Assembly (NCBI GenBank): GCA_032718475.1
Contig: JAUCBJ010004929.1
Span: 31,551 to 95,550, forward strand
Source of the DNA: Nemertoderma westbladi
Taxonomy: Eukaryota; Animalia; Xenacoelomorpha
Direction of reading: 5' to 3'
DNA: 64,000 nt
Shown: positions 1 to 11,462 of the stretch, one piece after another
Numbering within the stretch: position 1 is the stretch's first letter
How the letters are laid out: every line of letters starts with the position of its first letter
Notes under the pieces: generated by a model
The model's database searches: none
Seen by the model: the letters and a program-made list of their open reading frames with translations, nothing else
What the model was told of the DNA's origin: nothing
Position numbers and translations under genes: made by a program

Positions 1-1404
1 CCAAGAAGGGCAACCTAACACTCTATGGTTCTTTTCGGGGAATCTCATTGATCTCGATTGCTGCAAAGCTATACAATAGGATTCTATTAAATCGCATCAG
101 GGATCCCATTGAGAGACTGCTCCATGGAAATCAGAATGGGTTCCGTAAAGGTCGTGGGACCATGGAGCCCATTTTGGCACTTAGAAGGATAATTGAAGAG
201 TTATCAAAAAAGAAAGACAGGCATCTGGCTGTTATCTTTGTTGACTTCTTCAAGGCCTTTGATTCAGTCTCTCGCTCACGTATGTTCAGCATACTTTCAT
301 TACATGGGATTCCTGATGAAATTATTGCAGCAATCAGATCAGTATACGATGGTTCGACAACATTTGTGTCTACAGTTGATTGTGACACAGAACCATTTGA
401 AGTGTTATGGGGCGTCCTCCAAGGAGACACACTTGCACCATTCTTGTTCATTATTGTGGTTGACTATGTTCTATGCATGTCCTTAGATCATCATAATGAT
501 GATGGGGTGATGATAACTCCACCTACTGGCTCCAGAAGTCGAGGATATCCTGCCAAGTACCTAACTGATCTAGACTTTGCTGATGACTTAGGAGTACTCT
601 CAGAATCATTAGAGGGAGCCCAACGGCTCCTCAGCTCATTAGAACATGCTGCTTCTAGTGTTGGTCTTTTTATTAACTCCAGAAAGACCAAAATTCTGAC
701 AGTTAACTTTGAAAGTCCTCAGCAAGTCTCTGATCGGATGAGCATAAGCTCAAAGGATGGTATGCTTGAGCATGTGGACGACTTCTGTTACCTGGGATCA
801 TGGATCCGGAAGTCAGGTGAGGACCTTCGAATACGTAAGGGAAAGGCATGGGCAGCCTTGAATAGGCTTTCCAGGAATTGGAAGTCACCGAGAATTAATC
901 GGAAACTTAAGGTCCGATTACTTAGAGCAGCAGTAGTTCCAGTACTCCTCTACGGGAGTCCATGCTGGGCTCTAACTGCTGAGGACACCAAATCTCTGGT
1001 TGGCACATTCACAAGAATGCTACGCCGGGTTCATTGTGTCAAGTACAATGCACACATCTCCAACCAGACACTATATAACATTGGAGGTGTCTCATTGGTT
1101 CCCCCAAGCTTGACACTAGAACAAAATCGCCTCCGCTTTGCAGGACATTGCTTTCGCCGTGAGGGCCATCCAGTGCATAATCTTGTACTTTGGCAGCCTC
1201 ATGGAGTGAATAAGCATGGTGGACAGCCCATGACTTTCTTGAGACGCATCTTAAAGGACACTGGCCTTAAAGATGCGGATAATCTAGCAAATGTCATGGG
1301 TGATAGGGAGTTGTGGCGGTGCAATTTTGTTGACAAGCCGGCACAGCATTCTTAAAAATGCAGCTGCAATGCAGCATGCCGATCCTAGTAGTAGGTAGTA
1401 GTAG
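1..1404 (+). mobile_element. RTE-clade LINE copy A (3' part; 5' end outside window)
   Basis: Near-identical to the full-length copy at 14457-18222; RT motifs QGDTLAPFLF and FADD; short 3' UTR and (TAG)n tail at 1386-1404. Confidence 0.93.
48..1355 (+). CDS. RTE reverse transcriptase, C-terminal part (frame open from window start)
   Basis: NQNGFRKGR, FVDFFKAFDSV, LQGDTLAP, LDFADD, YLGS motifs; RTE-type C-terminus RLRFAGH...DRELWR. Confidence 0.9.
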   Translation: MISIAAKLYNRILLNRIRDPIERLLHGNQNGFRKGRGTMEPILALRRIIEELSKKKDRHLAVIFVDFFKAFDSVSRSRMFSILSLHGIPDEIIAAIRSVYDGSTTFVSTVDCDTEPFEVLWGVLQGDTLAPFLFIIVVDYVLCMSLDHHNDDGVMITPPTGSRSRGYPAKYLTDLDFADDLGVLSESLEGAQRLLSSLEHAASSVGLFINSRKTKILTVNFESPQQVSDRMSISSKDGMLEHVDDFCYLGSWIRKSGEDLRIRKGKAWAALNRLSRNWKSPRINRKLKVRLLRAAVVPVLLYGSPCWALTAEDTKSLVGTFTRMLRRVHCVKYNAHISNQTLYNIGGVSLVPPSLTLEQNRLRFAGHCFRREGHPVHNLVLWQPHGVNKHGGQPMTFLRRILKDTGLKDADNLANVMGDRELWRCNFVDKPAQHS

Positions 1405-2784
1405 ACACAGGTGAGTCTTTACTAATATATAAGTGAATTGTTTGTTTTAAGGCAAAAATACATATTTCTGTACCTAGGCCCTCTGCAAAACCAAACTGGT
1501 TGTCAGATATATTGCAACGAGCCGAAGCAAACACGTTTCCAAAACCTTAGAGCCAGCTGTAGCTTTGGCTATGGGTCGGTAATTCGAATGTTCACTCATA
1601 CTAGCGTTTTTATCTTTGATAATAGGCAACAAACTAGAATTAATTAACGATTGAGGCAAAAACCCATGAGTTATAAATGAATTGAACAATAAACACAAAA
1701 TTACTGGCAAAAGGTTACCGCCAAAAATATAACTTTCAGGGAAGATGCCATCAGGCCCGGCAGCCTTTCCACACTGCAGACCGTTGATGGCATCTTTCAC
1801 CTTATCAGCAGAAATATGGACATTATTGGAGCCGTCCCATTCAGAAAACTTACAATGCACAAAAGTAGAGTCAATTTCAGATACAGGGACTGAATTAAAA
1901 ATATCATAATAATTAGATTTGAATAAATCGGCTCTTTCTTCCTCAGTGTGGGCGGAGCCGACAGAGGTTGCTAAACCCATTTTAATAGTTGTTGCTTTCT
2001 TTATTGAACTCCAAAAATCTTTTTTGGAGTTAATAAAAGAAGCCGCTAGGAGATCTGCTCGCAAAGCACCTTCCTCCCGTTTGCAATTTCGGAGAGCCAA
2101 TTTAAATTGCGCGGCCGTTTTTTTCTTTACCTCCCATACAAGCCCAAACCTAGGCCGCCCTTGTTCGCACCAAATATGAAAAGCCTCCTGCCCCGCAGCC
2201 CGCTTTTCTTTTACAAACTCATTCCAGCCAGGAATGCAATTGGAGATTGAATTACCCTTTTTTTGAGGAATAAATTTTGATGTACAGCTATGTAGAGTAT
2301 TAATAGTATCAGTATAACACGAATTTAGTGACATTTTATGGTTAATATTCTCACAATGAATATCACAACAAGTTAAAGCAGAGAGGGGTAACTGTAATAA
2401 ACGTAGTTGTTCATCAACAGTTTGAGAATATTTTGAAATATTTTCACTGTTGGCTTTATCCCAATTTGCGTTATTGGTAAAAGTGACCTTATTACTACTG
2501 CCTGGTGTAGACGCACTAAGCAGCAAAGATACAGTCACTGAGACGGGTAAATGTTCATCATAAACAAGATCACGTAGGACAGTAATATTACTAATAGAAG
2601 AATGAAAGTCGGCGGTGGAAACGATGTGGTCTAACCACGACACTGTGCCATGTACATGGCTGGTAAATGAAAAAGTGTCATCGGGTAGAATATGTAAATC
2701 TGACCATATCAATGAAAAACAATCACAAAATAATTTCAGTTCATTACCAAACGGTCGATCGGGATCAGTATTAAAGTCTCCCAA
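1405..2784 (-). pseudogene. CR1/L2-group (Daphne/L2-like) LINE ORF2 remnant: endonuclease C-terminus to RT N-terminus, interrupted by RTE copy A
   Basis: GDFN, SWLDHI, DEHLPV (APE); IPGWNE, GKAAGPDGI, NYRPIA; after a frameshift NQFGF and CIFALKQTI...SPV up to the RTE tail. Confidence 0.8.
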
Positions 2785-3119
2785 AATATTGCAGCACCAA
2801 AATTACAAGTAGTGCACAATTTTCACCAAATTTGAAAGTTACATTTTCGGCTAATTATTTTTCAATACAGGTTTTCTGGGGTGCAAAATACATTGGAAAA
2901 TATTAAAAAATGATATGATTACTATAAATGGCTGTTTAGTCCTCTCTGCGTAGGAAAAAAAGTAACCAGTAACCAGCACTTTTCAGTTAGAACACAAAAC
3001 TTTTAATTCACTTATACGATGCTATAAATTCACATTTTCAGGTTTTCGAGGGCGCTGATTCTAATGGAATACATTTCTAATATGCCAGATCATTGCTACT
3101 TGTATTTTTCGGCGTAATT

Positions 3120-3510
3120 TGGCAAATTTTGGTGCTAGCACCAAATTTCGTACCCATCACCATAAAGTACAAGTTTGCGATGTCCAGTGCTGTTTTTATT
3201 GATTCCATCGGATTCAGGACCCTCATAAACCCGTATAACGCAAGAAACAAGGTGAAAATATCTACTTATCAATTTGCATATTTTCCAAAATTTGGTGCTG
3301 GCACAACAATTTTCACCCACCGGAGAAAAATACAAGTTTGAGAACTCTCATGAAATTTTTACTGATTCCATTGAATTCAGAACCATCACAAACCCGTATA
3401 ACGCAAGAAACAAGGTGACACAATCAATTGATATATTTGATGATTTTCAAAATTTGGTGCTAGCACCACATTTTGCACCCACATCCGAAAAATACAAGTT
3501 TGAGATGTCT
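3120..3510. repeat. ~165-bp tandem repeat, about 2.5 units
   Basis: AAATTT(T)GGTGCT(A/G)GCAC at ~3124, ~3288 and ~3450; AAACCCGTATAACGCAAGAAACAAGGTGA twice. Confidence 0.75.
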
Positions 3511-3590
3511 AGTTCGAGGCATAGTCTGTGTCAGGTCTTAAATGAGAGTCTTACAAATTCGAACGTCAACGAACAAATTCGATGGTTACT

Positions 3591-3665
3591 GTTCCACCTT
3601 GGTGTAGTGGTTGCATTGAATTCACATCTCCCGTATGTCATGGGTTCGATCCCTGCATGAACCGG
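3591..3665 (+). other. tRNA-derived Pol III head (SINE head or tRNA pseudogene)
   Basis: A-box-like TGGTGTAGTGG 3600-3610 and B-box GGTTCGATCCC 3643-3653 at tRNA-like spacing; no clean anticodon arm. Confidence 0.45.
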
Positions 3666-3739
3666 GCAGTTTTCGTTCGGTCAGCAATAGGCCTAACGTT
3701 GCAAAATGCAGTATTAATGCCTAGTGACAATTTATGGCT

Positions 3740-4172
3740 ACCATATGGTTTTCATTTTGAGACATTTTGCCCTCTAGCGGCAGACTGGGGAACTTCAGAC
3801 TACTCTGTGACTCTGCAAAAAATATAGCCCATATTGTAATAGATACCGATTGAGGGGTCAAAATTAAGTAATAATATATCTAAATAAGCCTCAAACGTCT
3901 TGCCTCATTGCTCGCCCCTTATAACTCTTAAGCAATATAACGTCATAGTTTTGCGGATTGTAAATAACAAAGCTAAAGAATATGTTAATTTTCAAATAAT
4001 ACGCCCTCTAGCGGCAGACAGGGGAACTTCAGACTACTCTATGGCTCCGCAAAAGATATGGCCTATGCCGTAGTAGATGCCGATTGGGGGGTCAAAATAA
4101 AGTAATAATATATCTAAATAAGCCTCAAACATCTTGCCTCATGGCTCGCCCGTTAGAACTCTTAAGCAATAT
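3740..4172 (+). repeat. Dispersed repeat family with ~233-bp internal tandem units (left part; split by BEL-1)
   Basis: GCCCTCTAGCGGCAGAC..GGAACTTCAGACTACTCT units at 3769 and 4003; sequence resumes at 20435; inverted copy at ~63115-63625. Confidence 0.8.
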
Positions 4173-5265
4173 TGTAAAGCCGTTTTTTCTGTATGTGTAC
4201 TTTAGCGAACATAAAAAGACGTTTTTTCTGTATGTGTAATTTAGCGGACATAACAAGCCACTTTATGCCGCAATGCGTCAAAATACTCTTAGCACAGTGT
4301 AGTTCCGATGACTCAGATGACGACATCTACCAGCTGATTTGCTGACGTGGAATTTGCCATTGCCCCTATGGGTTCTTTGTTCGGCTCAGCCAATCAGGGC
4401 GATTTTCATTTTATGTGGGACAGTAGCCATGTAAAACGAGGATAGGCGAGTCAGTGTTAGTTTTCCACCTTTCCTGAGCCCAGAACATCGGCTTTGGAAT
4501 GATTCTGAGTTTCAGACTTTAGCCAAACATTAGACGGCTTGATTATAGGAACGTATAACTGTTATCAATCCACAAATTCACACATACCGGTTATACTGCA
4601 TTATTTTACTGTCGGTTATTAATTGTCATATATGTTGATGGATATATTGTTATATTTGGAGAACACTGATAAAGAATCATAAAAACCCCAATCTTCTTGA
4701 TTACTGAAGGTTAGAGGACAGGTTACCTGTAGCAATTGCGACTTAGTGGTTTTGGTGTGAATTAAATGCTATTTCATAATCCCTACATGTGCCAGTTGCT
4801 ATTCTCCTTATATATGATCAAATTAAGTGAAGGTCGGCAGATCAGTGTGCAGCAGTGTGAGGTAGTGTGCAGGAGTGTGACAGATAACAAAGCATTTCCT
4901 AAAGAATGCGCTTTAGACGAAAATCATTAGCCATCCCGTTGTGTTTAGTGTAAGTCATAACTCTGTTTACATACTTAGAGCGCCACGTCCTAAAGGAACT
5001 GTTAATATTTCCCGAAAGTAAATAATATTTGTCAGAGATATTATAGTAACTCGTAATCGAATAATACAGTAAGTCTACACCTCAATAAGATCAAAGCATC
5101 CGAATCCAGTCTCCCTTAACAGTGGGTGAATGGTCGCACATAGGCTGGTTTTGGCTAATGTTACTTTATATGTACTAAATAGTTTTATAGGCTAAAGTCG
5201 ATTTATAAACTAGAAAACACCTAAAATTGGCAGGTTAAACTGCTAAAGGTCTAAAAGCGCGAACA
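4173..5265 (+). repeat. BEL-1 5' LTR
   Basis: Direct repeat of 19378-20429; TGTAAAG...GCGAACA; CCAAT box ~4390, Inr-like TCAGT ~4452. Confidence 0.92.
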
Positions 5266-6469
5266 ATAACAGTTATTCTAGTTTCTTTATTGCAATGTAG
5301 GCAATAAAGTCGAATGTACCGGTCGACCGGTAACCTGTAGGCCTAACTACCTAACCACCCGAACCGGTACTTACAGGTACATCAGTATTATTTCGATTGT
5401 GATATTATATATTGGTAGGCTGTTTAAGAGATTAGGATCTGTACACCTCTTGTTTCTTTTGGAGCTTATTTATTTCTGTCAGTTTTTTTTATCTGTAGGT
5501 TAATATTGAGCAGAAGGCGTGTAAGACTGCTCAGATTGTACAAGTAATTTGTAGGCTGGATTGTTGTCTGACTGTTGTCAGGTCCGAAGAGATTGCAGTG
5601 TGTGTAGAGTGTATGTCCGATAAAGTACTAGTTAGGAAAGTAGGGGCATCCAGTGTTGTAAGGTAAATCCCCCTGAAAGAATAAGTCATACTACTCGGTT
5701 AGAACGCATACTAACTAACCATTTCGGAGTCTGCATATACTGTAGTTTATTTAGGCTTGATAGTAGTCTGCCAGCATTTGGTTTGTATTTTGTTTGTGTA
5801 GTCTGTACGGGTAGCGTAATATTTATTATTCAGAGTTTATGCAAGTATTCGCAACATACACCACCCCAAGTTTATTCCTACAGTAATTGTGCTTGTTATG
5901 TTTGTAGGCAGTATATTTGTGTTGTAAAGTGGTTAATAGGCACGTTAGCTATGGTAGGCTGCGGTAATTAACTTCCAGGTAAGGACACTCCGGGTACATG
6001 ACGTAGTACTTATAGTGCTGTAGAGCAAAAAGGCTATAAGTTGTCATGTATTTTCTTATCTGGACAACACAGTGTATTTACTACTGCTTAATTATTTTCA
6101 AATACCGTAGTATCCTGTCCGTCTGTAATAACCAGAAATTCTAACTCCCTGTTAGACTGGTTTGTAGAATTCCCTGTAAAATTACCCCTAAAATTTGTAC
6201 GTGTAATTTTTTGTTGTTTATTTAGAGATTGTAATCTCACCCAATAAGTACGTAATTTGTAGTATTAAGTAACTTAGTAATGTAGAATTATTTGTTTTAG
6301 TGTCCAACAGGTAGCACTCCACTGAGAGCGTTTAGTAGGCCTGTCATCCATCAAAGGTTAGGTCATTAGGTCTTAATATCAGTTGGACCACTGCCTAAAC
6401 AACGGTAATAAAGTAACGTAAAGTAACCCTTTAAATTCAGAAATTCAGTTATTATAAAATAATTGACAT

Positions 6470-6720
6470 TGCCGGTATTTATAGTAGGCTTATTATATTT
6501 ATTTATATAAATTTATACTGAAATTATATACCGGTATTCTGTAAATAATTCTGGTCTATAATCATACTTATATATACTAAAAGTGTATGCTGTATACCGG
6601 TATTTATAGTAGGCTTATTATTATATTTATATAAATTTAGGCTAAAATTATATAACGGTATTCTGTGATTAAACCTAGTTTGTAATAATACTTATATATT
6701 CTATAAGTTTATACCGGTAT
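6470..6720. repeat. AT-rich ~125-bp duplication in the BEL-1 leader
   Basis: CCGGTATTTATAGTAGGCTTATTAT at ~6472 and ~6597; further CCGGTATTCT copies. Confidence 0.65.
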
Positions 6721-7075
6721 TCTCATATTATATATATTGCGATACATTTAGTAACGGTATCGGTAATTTATCACTAGGCTAACAGTTGATACGGAATTAC
6801 TAGACTTGCTTTAACTGTCATTATAGTAGTAGGCATTCAACTGTACAATCAAACATGACTGACAAAAAGCAAACTCTATCAGATAGTCTCCTAGACACAA
6901 CAGTCTGTGACTCCGACAGGAGCGCCGAACGTTTGAGACCAAAGTTTAAGTCCCATCCTACTGTAAGAAAGGTCATCCCTCCAGTAGTGATATCAGACCC
7001 TAGGCTAGTAAAGCACCGTATGTCTATCATAGGCACTCGGGCTCAAATCAAGCGGGACCAAGAGGCAGCTGTTAA

Positions 7076-7921
7076 CCCTATTCCACCTGGGGTTGGGCAG
7101 AATCTGCCCAACACTTTTTATTTTTAGAAATTCCTCATGATGATTTTTATGTATTATTATGAAATTCATTGACTTTTCCTAGAATTTAATTGGCTTTCTG
7201 ATGGTAACAAAATATTTTTTTCATCATTTATACTTTTTGTGCTATGGTGTGTTTTTCATATCATAGTCACATTTTTTTATTAATATCTTTATTAGCCTAA
7301 CTGGTAGAAAAGATAATCCCTGGTTGGATAGTTCCCCTGGTCAACAAGCTAGAATACAACCAATTACGGTCCAGGACATTCACTTGGCTGGGTTGTAAAG
7401 TTAAATTCAAACACGAGATTGTCTACTGCTTGGATTAGTACACATCAATCACACTATTTTTTAATAACAAAATACTAAACTGACAGATAAGCAAGCAATA
7501 AGTCTACTAGGATAAAACAACAACCACCATCGAAACCAGTATATTCCTAATATAATACAGCAGACATAAACAGAGGTGAATAAATCTATTCAATAACAGC
7601 ACCCCTGCAAGCAAAATTTTCTCTTGGGATGTCTGGCAGAGTTAGGCAGACAGTGGTGTTGGGAGGAGTATGTATAGTATTATCTCATCTTTTTACCCTA
7701 ATGGGTTATCTTCATGATAATTAATTTATATGGATATATTATTTAAAATTATGAATATATAAAACTCAGAACAGATGCATTATATATTTTTCTATAAACC
7801 TGCGAAAATTTGGAAAGTTTTGATAAAATTATCATTACTTTTTAGTGTATAATAAACTGTTGGGCATATTATGCCCAACCCCAGGTGGAATCTTGGACAA
7901 AAGAGCCCAGGTGGAATAGGG
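7076..7921. mobile_element. piggyBac-like non-autonomous element (MITE)
   Basis: Terminal inverted repeats CCCTATTCCACCTGGG / CCCAGGTGGAATAGGG; subterminal GTTGGGCA..TGCCCAAC palindromes; TTAA TSD at 7072-7075 and 7922-7925. Confidence 0.92.
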
Positions 7922-8884
7922 TTAAACAGCAGCAACCCTCTAACCGATAACTTATTTCTCAGAAGCCCGATAGCTCCAGTAGTTCAGATACTGTAGAGTT
8001 GTCACCCGAGCGTGGAGCAATGATGGCAGACGCAGTTTATTCGGATCCACTTCTTATTCTTCCTGAAGCCGTGCTCACTAGAGTATTGATTGCGGTGGAA
8101 GAACATCAAATTGATTGGGCGAGAAGTAAGCGATCGACCAAGAACAGTTATGCAGGATACACAAAAAAGGAATTGAAGTCTATTGTCGAGACGCAATGGA
8201 ACTTCCCTGGACCCGGACTCCCGTTTAACTTATCGGAAGCTGCCTGGGAGGACTCCCATCCTGAATGGAAGGGAGTGGTAAAAGACACTAGAGATCCAGC
8301 TGTGTGGAAGAGGTCGGCAGCCGGATATGTACAGGGATTCTTCAGCTTGTTGGAGCGATTGGAGGAACAACTGTTTCAACAACCCCAAGGACCTCAAGAG
8401 CAGGGAGAGCTGCTATATCAAGTTCAAGAACGAATCCTAAGAATTAGACTAATCCTTTCGGCCTTTGAGGAAGCCTCAAAGAGAAGTCAAAACACGTCGT
8501 TGCAAGTTGCTGTAAAGACTTGGTTCCAACGGGTGAGTCTTAAAGTCCAAGGAACAACCCAATGGAAAATTCAGCTGGATAAACGCTCAACCTATGGAGA
8601 ATCAACAGACGCTACCTTTTCTCAGGTGGAAAGCAAAGCGACATCAGAGAAACCTCAGAAGAAGGACGCCATTGACATCTATCTGTCAGACTATCAGCAA
8701 TTTATAGGTGACAAAAAGTTAAGGAGACGGCTAGCTGGACTTCACCCTAATAGTGAGGGAGCCAAATTTTTGCTAGACTCGTTAGATGCGGAAAGGCTAG
8801 CAGCGAATCGAGCTACATTTGATGAAAGAATCCGCATTGCTAGGGAACAGGAAGAACAATTAAAGAAAAAATGTATAGAAGACC

Positions 8885-9140
8885 GAAAGGCAGCAGCAGC
8901 GGTAGCGGCAGCAGCAGAAGCGGAAAGAAAAGCGGCAGAGGTAGAAAGAAAGGCTGCAGCGGCAGAGGCAGAAGGAAAAGCTGCAGTGGCAGAAGCAGAA
9001 AGAAAAGCGACAGAGGCAGAAAGAAAAGCGGCAGTGGCAGAGGCAGAAAGAAAAGCTGCAGTGGCAGAGGCATAAAGAAAAGTGGCCTTGGCAGAGGCAG
9101 AGGCAGAAAGAAAAGCGGCAGCGGTAGAAGCAGAACGGAG
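8885..9140 (+). repeat. Coding tandem repeat (AEAERKA-type coiled coil) in BEL-1 gag
   Basis: Repeated GCAGAGGCAGAAAGAAAAGC units. Confidence 0.85.
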
Positions 9141-11462
9141 AGCATCTGAAGAGACAACCCAACTAGAGTTGGAAAATCTTCAAGAGAAGCAAGACTACTT
9201 AAATAAACAGATAACAGCTAGTGATATGCAACTGCTAAGTCGATCAACTCCTAAGCGGCAGGGGTTTACATCATCTGATGAAGGATCCTGAAGGCAGAGG
9301 AAATAGATCTCGTTCCAGCCTACGTAGAAGAATGCCCCATTATCAAAAATTGCCTGATTTGCCCCCAGCTGTGAGAAGGCAACTAGTTAGTGCAAACTTA
9401 GGTAGTCCCAAACCCACAGACCAAATTATTAAAATAGAAAGACTCCCTACTATAGTAGATGAGCCTGAAATAATTAGGCCTGTTGTTCTCAAAGCCACTC
9501 CTTCTGTGATGGAGACCCCTGTACTTCCAGAACCTAACTCTAAATTCCATTTGCACAGTACTAAACTACTAGTATTAGTACTAAACAGCCCCTAAGACCA
9601 TCCCGGTCCTGGACGCCAAGAGAGACATCAAGGATTTGTCGCCCGTCGTCCCTCGTCTACCCGCTACTATGTTGGTGGCTCCCGCTTCGGCGGTCAAGTG
9701 GGTGGATGAGGGACGGCGGGGGATGGATCTCCTGCTCGGGCAGATGCAGGAGACTGTTCAACAGTTTAAGGGAACAGTAAGGGAAGGTAGATTAGAGTTG
9801 CAAGAAGTACAGCAGAGTATCGCATTAGAACGCGATAAATTGGTAAATATACAAAAAGGTATACCACCACCCCCTGTAACAATGTGTCAACCTGTTAAGT
9901 CTGAAGTATTTCATGCGCAAGGTGTGGAGCCTACACGCATCTATACTGCTAGTGAAGTAGAAACTAATATAGTAAACCCTATTAAGGGTAATTATAAACC
10001 TGTTGATAATGAGATTCCATATAGACCTGATCATAATCCCAGAAATTTATAAACCGATAATTCGATATTAAATAATACGATGGCCCAAGAAAGTTTTACG
10101 CGTCAAATGGCTAGAACCGAACCCCATCAAGCGGTAAAAGTGGGAGAGATTGTCAAGTTCAATGGAGATGAGATTAAATGGTTACCTTCTAATGAATATT
10201 ATAAAGATAACATACAGAACTCTGTACTATCTAACGGAGAGAAACTTAGATTCCTCATCGAGTGTTTGGAAGGACCTCCCAAGTTAATGGCGTTAAAGTT
10301 TATTGGACATCCAGATGGATTAAGACAAGTTTGGGATAAACTAAACTTCAGGTATGGTAATAGAACAAACATAGCTAGGTATTTGTATGCAAAATTGGTA
10401 GCGCCCCAAAAGTTCCTTAGCATCGGGATTATAGAGTTTTCCGATGAGATTCATGAGATCTGTAGACAACTAGATTGGTTAGGTAAGTCTCATGAATATC
10501 AGAGTTCCATGGTTATTGGAGCCGTAGCGTCAACTTTGCCAAAGGGCGGAGCAGGTACTCGTTGGGATAAAAGAGTACTATATATGATTGAATAACAACA
10601 AAGAGACCCTACCATGACTGATCTCATGTCATTCTTAGATGGAGAAGTAAAATTACAGCTCCTAAAGCAGTCCCGAGAGAAGACACCGGAAAATGAGGTA
10701 AGCGAAAAACCTGTTTCTAGGAGAAAGGTAACACCAGTGTGTTATACAGATGACGGCAAAAGCCAAGCCTCCCAAGAGGAGAACAGCGGGACAGACACCG
10801 AAAGATCTCACTATGTCAACAAAGCACCCAAAGACGTAAGTAAATATAAGTCTCAAACCAGTGACAGGAGAGAACAGGTAACAAAAACTCCTCCTCCGTC
10901 TTCTAAGAGAGTGCATGGAAGAAAGCCCGAGGAAAGAACGAGTGTGCACAACACTACTCAAAGTAAAGTAAGTAACATCAAACCAAATTGTGCGCTATGC
11001 GACGGGCCCCATTGTTTGAGTGTGTGTGATGACTTCTTAAAGAAGTCCTTAAAGGATAGATGCAATGTCATGTGGGATAAGCGGTTGTGTTATAATTGTC
11101 TCAGACAAGGACACCAACGGCAAACCTGTTACTCAGACGCGAGGTGTGCTAAGTGCGGCGCAAAACATCATATCTTGCTACACACCGAATTCGAAAGGAA
11201 CAGTCCGAGTCAGGTAAGTGAGTCCAAACTACATGTCCAATTCAGTGATGTGAACGACACTGATCACAGTTCTGAGATGGAAGGATTTTACACGGACGAA
11301 TTCTCCGATGAAAACGAATCCTGCTATATGATAAACACCGCAGTGTATTGAGCACTTACGTATGAGTCTGAAACCGACAGTGAGCTCCCCCTAACTATTC
11401 CTAACCGACAACCATCTTGGAAAGCGCCAACTTCCAACGTAGGAATCCGAGAATTTCCCGTA

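Larger units (their letters stand above)
6855..11462 (+). pseudogene. gag: BEL-1 Gag with long N-terminal extension (several stops and frameshifts; MITE inserted)
   Basis: ORF pieces at 6855, 7999, 9082, 9278, 9636, 10080, 10614; DUF1759-like KFNGD..W...EKLRFLIECLEG; knuckles CALCDGPH..C, CYNCLRQGH..C, CAKCGAKHHILLH. Confidence 0.88.

Noticed and set aside
131-888. Short overlapping and antisense ORFs recurring in every RTE copy
   Set aside because: They recur only because the copies are near-identical; no independent coding evidence
8840-9162. Leu/Pro/Phe-, Cys- and Gly/Arg/Ser-rich ORFs
   Set aside because: Alternative-frame readings of the AEAERKA repeat
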